Assembly: GCA_045652765.1 (NCBI GenBank)
Contig: JAZOLG010000029.1
Coordinates: 3,702-67,701, forward strand
From: Bacilli bacterium
Lineage (GTDB): Bacteria > Bacillota_I > Bacilli_A > ML615J-28 > CAG-313
Direction: 5' to 3'
Length of the DNA: 64,000 nt
The translations under genes and the position numbers were made by a program. Below, piece by piece: positions 17,809 to 26,201 of this stretch. How positions within the stretch are numbered: position 1 is the first letter of the stretch; each line of letters begins with the position of its first letter. The notes under the pieces are model-generated. The model had not been told where the DNA came from, ran no database searches, and saw nothing but the letters and a program-made list of their open reading frames with translations.

Positions 17809-20800
17809 ATGTCAAAAAAAGTTTTCCAATCTATGGATGGGAACCAAGCTGCAGCTCATACAGCCTATGCGTTTACTGAAGTTGCAGGTATTTATCCAAT
17901 TACACCTTCTTCTCCAATGGCCGAAAATGTAGATTTATGGTCATCTCAAGGAAAGAAGAATTTATTTGGAACTCAAGTAAAAGTTGTTGAAATGCAATCA
18001 GAAGCTGGTGCTGCAGGTTCAGTACACGGTTCATTACAAGCTGGTGCATTAACTACTACATTTACTGCCAGCCAAGGTTTATTATTAAAAGTTCCTAACA
18101 TGTACAAAATCGCAGGTGAATTATTACCAGGTGTTATTCACGTATCTGCACGTGCATTAGCTGCACAATCTTTATCAATCTTCGGTGATCACCAAGACGT
18201 TATGGCTGCTCGTCAAACTGGTTTTGCGATGCTTGCTACATCAAGTGTTCAAGAAGTTATGGACTTAGGTGGTGTTGCTCACTTAGCAGCTATTGAATCT
18301 AGTGTTCCATTTGTTCATTTCTTCGATGGATTTAGAACATCTCATGAAATCCAAAAAGTAGAAGTTATGGATTATGATGTTTATAGAAACTTATTAAACT
18401 GGGATGCAGTTAAGAGATTCCGTGAAAAAGCATTACACTTTGCTAATCCTGTAACTCGCGGTACTGCTCAAAATGATGACGTATATTTCCAAACTAGAGA
18501 AATTCAAAACAAATATTATGAAGCAGTTCCTGCAATTGTTGCAAAATATATGAAAGGTATTTCAGAAGCTACTGGACGTTACTATGCTCCATTTGTATAT
18601 TATGGTGCTGAAGATGCTACAGATGTTATCATCGCTATGGGTTCAGTTACTGAAACTATCAAAGAAGCTGTTGATTACTTAAATGCTCAAGGCAAAAAAG
18701 TTGGTTGCGTAACAGTTCACTTATATCGTCCATTCTCTAAAGAATACTTATTAAGTGTTGTTCCTGCAACTGTTAAACGTATTGCTGTATTAGACAGAAC
18801 TAAAGAACCAGGATGTGCTGGTGAACCACTATACTTAGATGTTAAGAGCGTATATTATGGTGTTAAAGGCGCTCCATTCATCATTGGTGGTAGATTCGGT
18901 TTATCTTCAAGAGATACTACTCCAGCTCAAATGATCGCTGTATTCAAACATTTAGCTAAAAAAGGTCATGATGGATTTACAGTAGGTATTAACGATGACG
19001 TTACAAATTTAAGTATTCCAGTTGGACCAGAAGTTCGTATTAACGAAGAAGTATCTGAATTAGTATTCTTCGGTTTAGGTTCTGATGGTACTGTTGGTGC
19101 TAACAAAAATACAATTAAAATTATTGGTGATAATACTGACTTATATGCTCAAGCATACTTTGCATATGACTCTAAAAAATCAGGTGGTGTAACTCGTTCA
19201 CACTTACGTTTTGGTCCAAAACCAATTAAATCACCTTACTTAGTTAACCAAGCTAACTTCGTTAGCTGCAGCTTAGAATCATATGTTGAAAAATATGATA
19301 TGTTAGGATGCTTAAAAGATGGAGGAACATTCTTATTAAATACTGTTCACTCTGCTGAAGAACTAGTTAAAACTCTTCCAAATGCATTCAAAAAACAATT
19401 AGCTGAAAAACATGCTAAATTCTTTATTATTGATGCTGTTCACCTAGCTCGTGAAATCGGATTAGGAAACCGTACTAATACAATTTTACAATCTGCATTC
19501 TTTAAATTAAATCCTCAAATCATGCCTTATGAAACTGCACAAGATTTAATGAAAAAATATGCATATAAAGCTTATAGCCGTAAAGGTGAAGCAATCGTTG
19601 AAATGAACTATCAAGCAATCGATCGTGGTGCTCAAGGTTTAGTTGAAGTTGCTGTTGATCCAGCATGGGCTAAACTTCGTGTTGCTAAAAAAGCTGTTGA
19701 CGAATCTCGTCCACATTTCGTACGTACAATTGCTGATGAAGTTAATGCTGTTAAAGGTTATGATTTACCTGTTTCTGCATTTACTGGTTATGAAGATGGT
19801 ACAATGCCTGCTGGTACTACTCAATATGAAAAACGTGGTATTGCTAACTTCGTTCCACAATGGAATTCAGAAAACTGTATCCAATGTAACCAATGTGCAT
19901 TTGTTTGTCCACACGCTGTAGTTCGTCCATTCCTTGCTACTGAAGAAGAAATGGCTAACGCTCCAAAAGGTGTTCAAACATTAAAACCAGTTGGAAAAGG
20001 ATTAGAAGGATTAAAATATTCATTACAAATTTCTGCTCTTGACTGTACAGGATGTGAAGTTTGTGTTAACCAATGTCCAGCTCCAAAAGGTAAAGCACTT
20101 ACTATGGTACCTATTGAAGAAGCTCTTAAAGCTGGTGAACAAGAACAAGCTTCTTACTTCTTCAACAACGTTTCTTATAAAGATGCATTAGTAGATAAAT
20201 TCTCTAACGCTAAAAATAGCCAATTTGCTCAACCATTATTTGAATTCTCAGGAGCATGTGGTGGATGTGGTGAAACTCCATATGTTAAATTAGTTACTCA
20301 ATTATTTGGTGATCGTATGGTAGTTGCAAATGCTACTGGATGTTCTTCAATCTATGGTGGAAGCTTCCCAGCTAGCCCATATACAACAAATAAAGATGGT
20401 CATGGACCAGCTTGGGCTAACTCATTATTCGAAGACAATGCTGAATTCGGATTTGGTATGAAAGCTGCAGATACTGCTTTAAGAGACCACATTGCACAAG
20501 TTATGGAAGGTGCTCTTCAAAATGGTGTTTGTGATGAACAAGTAAAAGTATTATTTGAAAAATGGTTAGCTAACCGTGAAGATGGTCAAGTAACTAAAGA
20601 AATCAAAAACGAATTAGTGCCATTACTAGAAGGTAAAGATTGCGAATGTGCTAAAGAAATCCTTGGATTAAAGAACTACTTAACTAAGAGTTCTCAATGG
20701 ATCTTTGGTGGTGACGGATGGGCTTATGACATCGGTTACGGAGGATTAGACCACGTTATTGCTAACGGTGAAGATGTAAATATCTTAGTATTAGATACAG

Positions 20801-21351
20801 AAGTTTATTCTAACACTGGTGGACAATCTTCTAAATCTTCTCCAACAGCTTCTATCGCTAAGTTTACTGCAACTGGTAAACATGGTAAGAAAAAAGACTT
20901 AGCAGCAATTGCTATGAGTTATGGACATGTATATGTTGCATATGTAGCTCATGGTGCTAGCCAAGCTCAATTATTAAAAGCTATGAAAGAAGCAGAAAGC
21001 TATCATGGACCATCTCTAATCATTGCTTATGCTCCATGTATCAACCATGGTTTAAAACGTGGTATGAGTAAATCACAAGAACAAGCTAAACTTGCTGTTG
21101 AATGTGGTTATTGGACATTATTACGTTATGATCCAAGACTTGCTGAACAAGGTAAGAACCCATTAGTAGTTGATTCTAAAGAACCAAACTGGGATTTATA
21201 TGATGATTACCTAATGAGTGAAACTCGTTATGCTCAATTAAAGACTATCAATAAAGAACAAGCTGATGAATTACTTGCAATCAACAAGAAAGAAGCTCAA
21301 AAACGTTATAAGAATTATCAAAGAATGTTAAAGATGGACTTTTCTGAATAA
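17809..21351 (+). CDS. nifJ: Pyruvate:ferredoxin (flavodoxin) oxidoreductase, single-chain NifJ/PFOR type
   Basis: 1180 aa. Two 4Fe-4S ferredoxin motifs (CIQCNQCAFVCP, CTGCEVCVNQCP), an extra Cys cluster GACGGCGETPY and TPP-binding GGDGWAYDIGYGGLDH. Strong RBS. Confidence 0.95.
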   Translation: MSKKVFQSMDGNQAAAHTAYAFTEVAGIYPITPSSPMAENVDLWSSQGKKNLFGTQVKVVEMQSEAGAAGSVHGSLQAGALTTTFTASQGLLLKVPNMYKIAGELLPGVIHVSARALAAQSLSIFGDHQDVMAARQTGFAMLATSSVQEVMDLGGVAHLAAIESSVPFVHFFDGFRTSHEIQKVEVMDYDVYRNLLNWDAVKRFREKALHFANPVTRGTAQNDDVYFQTREIQNKYYEAVPAIVAKYMKGISEATGRYYAPFVYYGAEDATDVIIAMGSVTETIKEAVDYLNAQGKKVGCVTVHLYRPFSKEYLLSVVPATVKRIAVLDRTKEPGCAGEPLYLDVKSVYYGVKGAPFIIGGRFGLSSRDTTPAQMIAVFKHLAKKGHDGFTVGINDDVTNLSIPVGPEVRINEEVSELVFFGLGSDGTVGANKNTIKIIGDNTDLYAQAYFAYDSKKSGGVTRSHLRFGPKPIKSPYLVNQANFVSCSLESYVEKYDMLGCLKDGGTFLLNTVHSAEELVKTLPNAFKKQLAEKHAKFFIIDAVHLAREIGLGNRTNTILQSAFFKLNPQIMPYETAQDLMKKYAYKAYSRKGEAIVEMNYQAIDRGAQGLVEVAVDPAWAKLRVAKKAVDESRPHFVRTIADEVNAVKGYDLPVSAFTGYEDGTMPAGTTQYEKRGIANFVPQWNSENCIQCNQCAFVCPHAVVRPFLATEEEMANAPKGVQTLKPVGKGLEGLKYSLQISALDCTGCEVCVNQCPAPKGKALTMVPIEEALKAGEQEQASYFFNNVSYKDALVDKFSNAKNSQFAQPLFEFSGACGGCGETPYVKLVTQLFGDRMVVANATGCSSIYGGSFPASPYTTNKDGHGPAWANSLFEDNAEFGFGMKAADTALRDHIAQVMEGALQNGVCDEQVKVLFEKWLANREDGQVTKEIKNELVPLLEGKDCECAKEILGLKNYLTKSSQWIFGGDGWAYDIGYGGLDHVIANGEDVNILVLDTEVYSNTGGQSSKSSPTASIAKFTATGKHGKKKDLAAIAMSYGHVYVAYVAHGASQAQLLKAMKEAESYHGPSLIIAYAPCINHGLKRGMSKSQEQAKLAVECGYWTLLRYDPRLAEQGKNPLVVDSKEPNWDLYDDYLMSETRYAQLKTINKEQADELLAINKKEAQKRYKNYQRMLKMDFSE

Positions 21352-21361
21352 TAAACAAAAT

Positions 21362-21397
21362 AGGGTTATATGATAATAATATAACCCTTTCTTTTTT
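21362..21397 (+). terminator. Intrinsic terminator after nifJ
   Basis: AGGGTTATAT / ATATAACCCT stem followed by TTCTTTTTT. Confidence 0.85.
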
Positions 21398-21407
21398 AGG
21401 AGGTAAT

Positions 21408-22010
21408 ATGGAAAACACACCTAACAGATTTGAAGAATTAGATAAACTAGAAGAAAATAAAAACACTCAAGTTGTTGAAAACAAGCCAAAACAACCAAAC
21501 AATACTAAAAAGACTATACTTGGAATTGTTGGTGCAATTATTGGTATAGTGTTTGGATATTTAATAACAAGTGGAAAACTTTTTCCACCAAAAGATAAAG
21601 TATTTAAATCACACGGCATAACTGTAACATTAAATGATGATTTTCATGAAAAAGAATATTTAGGTTTTCAAGTAGCTTATTTATCTGAAAAATCATTTTT
21701 TGCAGCTAACAGAGAAGATAAAAGTTTATTTATTGGTACAGGAATTAATAGTTTAAAAGGCTATATCAATGCTGTTTTAAAATTAAACAATAAATCCTCT
21801 ACAATTAAAGAAGGAGTTACTTCTGAAGGACAAAAGTACTTTTATGCAAAGTATACATCTGAAGTTGATGGTGATAGCTTTAGTTATTACCTAGTAACAT
21901 TAGAAGGAGATAATCATTATTATACAATTAATTTTGGTTGTAGAAGTAAAGATTATAGCAAACTTGAAAACCAATATGAAGATTGGGCTAAGACAATTAT
22001 AGTAGAATAA
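21408..22010 (+). CDS. Hypothetical single-pass membrane protein (cytoplasmic N-terminus, TM anchor, about 140-aa external domain)
   Basis: RBS AGGAGG. The TM segment ILGIVGAIIGIVFGYLI is followed by PPKD. I recognise no domain. It has its own terminator. Confidence 0.6.
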   Translation: MENTPNRFEELDKLEENKNTQVVENKPKQPNNTKKTILGIVGAIIGIVFGYLITSGKLFPPKDKVFKSHGITVTLNDDFHEKEYLGFQVAYLSEKSFFAANREDKSLFIGTGINSLKGYINAVLKLNNKSSTIKEGVTSEGQKYFYAKYTSEVDGDSFSYYLVTLEGDNHYYTINFGCRSKDYSKLENQYEDWAKTIIVE

Positions 22011-22036
22011 GACTGTATAGACAGTCTTATTTTTTT
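22008..22036 (+). terminator. Intrinsic terminator after the 21408 gene
   Basis: TAAGACTG / CAGTCTTA stem followed by TTTTTTT. Confidence 0.8.
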
Positions 22037-22103
22037 ACATTGTTTTATTATCTATATTGACAACGTAACAATGTTATGTTATAATTAGTGTGTGAGGTGT
22101 ACT

Positions 22104-22682
22104 ATGATATCGAAAAAAGACTTATTAAAAGAAATGAACATATCATATGGACAATTATATCGATGGAAAAGAGAGGGATTAATACCTGACGAATGGTTTA
22201 TAAAACAATCTGTTTCAACAGGTCAAGAGACATATTTTAAAAGGTCGTTAATTATTCCACGAATTAAACAAATATTGTCATTAAAAGATAAATATGAACT
22301 ACAAGAAATTAATAAATTGTTTACTGACAATAATGTAGAACATAATTTTAATGTTAGACAGGTTGTGTTAATTGATGAAATTGATCCATTTATCTTAAAA
22401 GCTTATTTATCTGATAGAAAACATTTAACAATTACAGAACTTGCTTTTATATATATATTTAGTAAATATAAAGATGTAATAGACATGAACGATTACTTAA
22501 ATATTAATTTTAACAATAATACATTAAATGATAAAAATGTATATATATGTAATTTAGAAAATAAAAATTTTATATTAATTAGTGATGATAATTTAATAAT
22601 TGATTCAAAAATAAAAATTATTAATGTTGAAAAAATACAAGATGTAATAAGTTTTATAGCGATTAAAGTTAAGGAGGTTTAA
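22104..22682 (+). CDS. YhbD-like (DUF4004) protein with N-terminal MerR-type HTH
   Basis: N-terminus ISKKDLLKEMNISYGQLYRWKREGLIPDEWFIKQSVSTGQETYF matches the DUF4004/YhbD pattern. The ATG at 22104 follows GAGGTG. The track start at 22092 is a GTG inside that RBS. Confidence 0.7.
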   Translation: MISKKDLLKEMNISYGQLYRWKREGLIPDEWFIKQSVSTGQETYFKRSLIIPRIKQILSLKDKYELQEINKLFTDNNVEHNFNVRQVVLIDEIDPFILKAYLSDRKHLTITELAFIYIFSKYKDVIDMNDYLNINFNNNTLNDKNVYICNLENKNFILISDDNLIIDSKIKIINVEKIQDVISFIAIKVKEV

Positions 22683-22685
22683 AAG

Positions 22686-23261
22686 ATGATTGATGATTCA
22701 GGAATTCGTGGTGTTGGAACTGTTAATGGTGGAACATATAGAAACTTAAAAATAGCAGGGAGCGCTACTATAAAGGAAGATTGTAAAGCTGAAAAAATTA
22801 AAATAGCTGGTAATGCAGATTTTGAAAAGTCTGTTACTGCAAAGACTTTCAAAGTTGCTGGACGTTGTACTGTAGCAGGAAATATAAAAGTAGATAAATT
22901 ATCTATCGCAGGAAGTTTTACTGCACATGGTAATATTGATGCTGAGAACGCAAATTTTGCTGGAACGGTATATATCGATGGTGATATCAATTGTGAAGAA
23001 TTTGAAGCAAATGTAACTGGTTCATCTTTTAAAAATATATATGGAGAATCAATTGCTTTTCGTAAAGGGAACTCAGTATTATCAAAATCACATATAGAAG
23101 AAATAGCAGCAACAAAAATTGATATTGAAAATGTTTTGGTAAATAAAGTTAGTGGTGAATTTGTAATAATTGGAGATGATTGTGTTGTAGAATTAGTTGA
23201 ATACAATAATACATTATCATTATCCAAGAAAGCAAAAATTTCAAGAATTGTAAAAATATAG
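22686..23261 (+). CDS. Bactofilin-like (polymer-forming cytoskeletal, YhbE/YhbF-type) beta-helix protein
   Basis: RBS AAGGAGG. Repeated short beta-helix units (LKIAGSATI, IKIAGNADF, FKVAGRCTVAGNI, LSIAGSFTAHGNI, ANFAGTVYIDGDI). It sits directly downstream of a YhbD-like gene, as in the B. subtilis yhbD-yhbE-yhbF locus. Confidence 0.6.
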   Translation: MIDDSGIRGVGTVNGGTYRNLKIAGSATIKEDCKAEKIKIAGNADFEKSVTAKTFKVAGRCTVAGNIKVDKLSIAGSFTAHGNIDAENANFAGTVYIDGDINCEEFEANVTGSSFKNIYGESIAFRKGNSVLSKSHIEEIAATKIDIENVLVNKVSGEFVIIGDDCVVELVEYNNTLSLSKKAKISRIVKI

Positions 23262-23269
23262 GAGGGCAT

Positions 23270-23713
23270 ATGAAAACAACAATTGAAGTAAATGGCGAAG
23301 TTTTCGAAATTGATTTAGAGAATTTAACCGAAGAAGAAGCAAAAAAATATAATATAAATTTTAATATTCCAAAAAGAGAAGATTCAAGCAGTTCTGGTTG
23401 GGTAATTACCACACATAAAATCAAATCTAAATTTTTAAGAATATTATTTTTATTATCATTAATGGCTTTCTTCTTATGTGGATTCTTAATTGAAGGTGGA
23501 TGGAGTTGGAGTTGGTCACTTTTCTTTGTAACTCCAATTATGTCAGGCTTTTTAGATTTATTTAAAAAATCAAAAAAACAGGTATTTAAATCAATTATGA
23601 CATTTCTAATTATTGGTGGATTTTTTGCATGTGGTTTTCTACTTGAAAATGCATGGAGATGGTGTTGGGTATTATTTTTCTTAATCCCAATTGTAAATAT
23701 TACGGTGGAATAA
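23270..23713 (+). CDS. Hypothetical membrane protein with a duplicated Trp-rich TM hairpin module
   Basis: RBS GGAGGG. The two copies are AFFLCGFLIEGGWSWSWSLFFVTPIM and GFFACGFLLENAWRWCWVLFFLIPIV. A soluble N-terminus of about 50 aa precedes them. Confidence 0.65.
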   Translation: MKTTIEVNGEVFEIDLENLTEEEAKKYNINFNIPKREDSSSSGWVITTHKIKSKFLRILFLLSLMAFFLCGFLIEGGWSWSWSLFFVTPIMSGFLDLFKKSKKQVFKSIMTFLIIGGFFACGFLLENAWRWCWVLFFLIPIVNITVE

Positions 23714-24502
23714 ATGAATAGACAAAATAAAGATTATTTAGAAAAAGATTTTGAAAAGCATCAACCAAAGTTATTCATGCCAATTATGAATACAATCATA
23801 GCTGCTGCAGCAATTGCATTAATGATTAGAGTAGCAATTACTAATGATGTGAAAATAATTTGGATAATTGTGTTTGTTTTGTTAATGCTGATATTTGCAG
23901 GAGGAAGTTGGTATTCAAGCTTTATTTTAAAAAAACAAAACAAAAAAGCAACTATAGATTTTCAAAAAGAAACTGAACTTTTATTTAGTGCAGTATATGA
24001 ATTAAAAAAAGGAACATATATAGAGCCTAAAACACCTGTATTATTTGAAATAAGTAATATATATAAACCTATTGAGAAAGTATCGTATACAAAAATATCA
24101 AGAGCATTTCAACCAAAGATTGAACATGAGATATTTGTAAATCTTGGTCCTACTTGTGCAGGTTTAAATATTGATTATGAGACATTAGAAGTAAAAGGTT
24201 TTTCTGGTTGTGCTCCATATTCTATTTGGCGTAATAATAAACTTCATTTGCCTGATGCTAAAGATGGATCATTAAAATTAAAGATGGATGGATTTAATAA
24301 AGTCAAAAAACTGACTCTTAAAATATTAAATCAAGTAGATTCTTATTATGACAAGAAAAGTGGAATTTTTGCTATCGGTGAAATAAAACAAACTATACTA
24401 GATGATAATATTAAAATAGGTGAAAATGTAATTGTATCTTTATATGAAAATCAAGTAAAGTGTATATATGTAATTTTAGAATCAAATTTACTATTAAAAT
24501 AA
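23714..24502 (+). CDS. Hypothetical two-TM membrane protein with about 170-aa C-terminal domain
   Basis: It starts immediately after the preceding stop (TAAATG) with GGTGGA upstream. Two hydrophobic helices (IIAAAAIALMIRVAI, IIWIIVFVLLMLIFAGG). I recognise no domain. Confidence 0.6.
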   Translation: MNRQNKDYLEKDFEKHQPKLFMPIMNTIIAAAAIALMIRVAITNDVKIIWIIVFVLLMLIFAGGSWYSSFILKKQNKKATIDFQKETELLFSAVYELKKGTYIEPKTPVLFEISNIYKPIEKVSYTKISRAFQPKIEHEIFVNLGPTCAGLNIDYETLEVKGFSGCAPYSIWRNNKLHLPDAKDGSLKLKMDGFNKVKKLTLKILNQVDSYYDKKSGIFAIGEIKQTILDDNIKIGENVIVSLYENQVKCIYVILESNLLLK

Positions 24503-24626
24503 AAAAGTAATTCAATTGAAGAAAACTGTGAAAAGTGCTATAATAAGAAAGGTAAAAAAATAAGATTTTGCCTAAATATTATGGCACTTTTTATTTTCGT
24601 AAAAATTTAATATGTGAGGTATTATT

Positions 24627-25448
24627 ATGTCTAAATTACAAATTGTTGATTTATGGGTAAAGGTAGAAGATAAGGTCATCTTAAAAGGTGTTAATCTTGA
24701 AATGAATAGTGGAGAAATTCATGTTATTATGGGTCCAAATGGTACTGGTAAATCTACTTTAGCTCAAACTATTATGGGACATTACAAATATGAAGTAATT
24801 CAAGGACAAATTCTTTTAGATGGTGAAGATGTATTAAAAATGTCTGTAGATGAAAGAAGTAGAAAAGGTTTATTCCTTGCAATGCAATACCCTGCAGAGA
24901 TTACTGGTGTTACTAATGCTGATTTTATTAAAACAGCTATGCAAGCAAGACTTACTGAAGATGAACATATTTCATTATTTAAATTTATTAAAAATCTTGA
25001 TAAAGCAACTAAAGAATTAAAAATGAATCAAGATCTTCCACATAGATATGTAAACGTTGGCTTCTCTGGTGGAGAAAAGAAACGTAATGAAATTTTACAA
25101 ATGAAGATGTTACAACCAAAATTCGCTATTCTTGATGAAATCGATTCTGGTCTTGATGTCGATGCATTAAGAATTGTTGGTGAAAATGTTAATGATATGA
25201 AATCTGATACATTTGGTGCATTAGTAATCACACACTATGAAAGATTATTAGATTATATCAAACCAGATGTTGTTCATGTTTTAATGAATGGTAAAGTTGT
25301 TAAAACTGGTGCTAATGAACTTATTGAAAAAATTGACCGTGAAGGATATGATTGGTTAAAACTTGAGCTTGGCTTAGTTGATGAACCAACTAAAAAACAA
25401 GTAAGTTTAGGAACATGTGCAGTTAATCCAAATTCAAGAGGCAAATAA
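24627..25448 (+). CDS. sufC: Fe-S cluster assembly ATPase SufC
   Basis: Walker A GPNGTGKST, signature FSGGEKKRNEIL, Walker B ILDEIDSGLD. First gene of the sufCDSUB order. Confidence 0.95.
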   Translation: MSKLQIVDLWVKVEDKVILKGVNLEMNSGEIHVIMGPNGTGKSTLAQTIMGHYKYEVIQGQILLDGEDVLKMSVDERSRKGLFLAMQYPAEITGVTNADFIKTAMQARLTEDEHISLFKFIKNLDKATKELKMNQDLPHRYVNVGFSGGEKKRNEILQMKMLQPKFAILDEIDSGLDVDALRIVGENVNDMKSDTFGALVITHYERLLDYIKPDVVHVLMNGKVVKTGANELIEKIDREGYDWLKLELGLVDEPTKKQVSLGTCAVNPNSRGK

Positions 25449-25449
25449 T

Positions 25450-26193
25450 ATGAGTGATGTTTTAATTCAAACTTCACCTATGCATGAATGTGAAGAGATT
25501 AACTTAGGGAAAAACGAATCAAAAGTTATATATCAAGACTTTGATACACCAATTAATTGTATGAATATTTCTTTAGAAGAAAATGCAAATCTAGAAATTT
25601 TATTGTTTAATTCAAACATAACTTTAAATGCTAATCTTCAAAGAAATGCAACTTTAAAAATTTATAATCTTGCATTTACTGCTGCTGATTATAGATGTAA
25701 TATTGAAGTGAACTTAAATGATGAAGCTAGTAATGTAAATATTATTAATGTTTATTTAGGAATTAATGATTCAGATATTGACTCAAATATTCAAATGAAT
25801 CATTATGCAAAACATAGTGTAAGTTCTTTAGATACATATGCTATTGGAAAAAATAATGCAAAACTAAATTTAAATAATAATGCATTTATTAAACAAGGTA
25901 TGTCTCAAAGTGAGGCAAAACAATCTACTAGAGGTTTAAATTTATCTACCTCATCATCAATTAAAGCACAACCAAATTTATTTATTGATGAATATGATGT
26001 AATAGCATCTCATAGTTGTTCAATTGGTTCTGTTGATAAAGATGAATTATTTTATTTAATGAGTAGAGGTTTACCAGAAGAACAAGCTCATGAAATTGTT
26101 GTGTTAGGTTTTATCCAACCAATTATTGAAAAAATTAAAAACGAAAACTTACAAGAAGTTATTTATAAAAAATTTGCAAATTTATTAAAGTAG
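25450..26193 (+). CDS. sufD: Fe-S cluster assembly protein SufD (short form)
   Basis: The C-terminal SufB/SufD block ([35 protein letters not shown]) parallels the SufB C-terminus in this window. The ATG at 25450 is 1 nt after the sufC stop. It is only 247 aa. Confidence 0.85.
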   Translation: MSDVLIQTSPMHECEEINLGKNESKVIYQDFDTPINCMNISLEENANLEILLFNSNITLNANLQRNATLKIYNLAFTAADYRCNIEVNLNDEASNVNIINVYLGINDSDIDSNIQMNHYAKHSVSSLDTYAIGKNNAKLNLNNNAFIKQGMSQSEAKQSTRGLNLSTSSSIKAQPNLFIDEYDVIASHSCSIGSVDKDELFYLMSRGLPEEQAHEIVVLGFIQPIIEKIKNENLQEVIYKKFANLLK

Positions 26194-26201
26194 GTGATTT
26201 T

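Noticed and set aside
19643-19921. A 92-aa alternative-frame + strand ORF inside nifJ.
   Set aside because: It is embedded in the ferredoxin-domain region of a highly conserved gene. It has a Leu/Val/Lys-rich off-frame composition and no start context.
22679-23269. A 196-aa antisense ORF spans the whole bactofilin-like gene, so both strands carry full-length ORFs. That is striking in AT-rich DNA.
   Set aside because: The + strand ORF has a strong AAGGAGG RBS, operon context and a recognisable beta-helix repeat pattern. The antisense ORF has no RBS, a Ser/Pro/Thr/Phe-rich low-complexity composition and no context. It is most likely a by-product of the repeat's codon usage avoiding TTA/CTA/TCA in the sense frame.
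24531-24589. A 12-bp inverted repeat (AAGTGCTATAAT / ATTATGGCACTT) followed by a T-run in the suf leader region, considered as a possible attenuator.
   Set aside because: The 5' arm contains the likely -10 box itself, so it would not be transcribed from that promoter. The 35-nt loop is long. It is probably a coincidence of AT-rich sequence.
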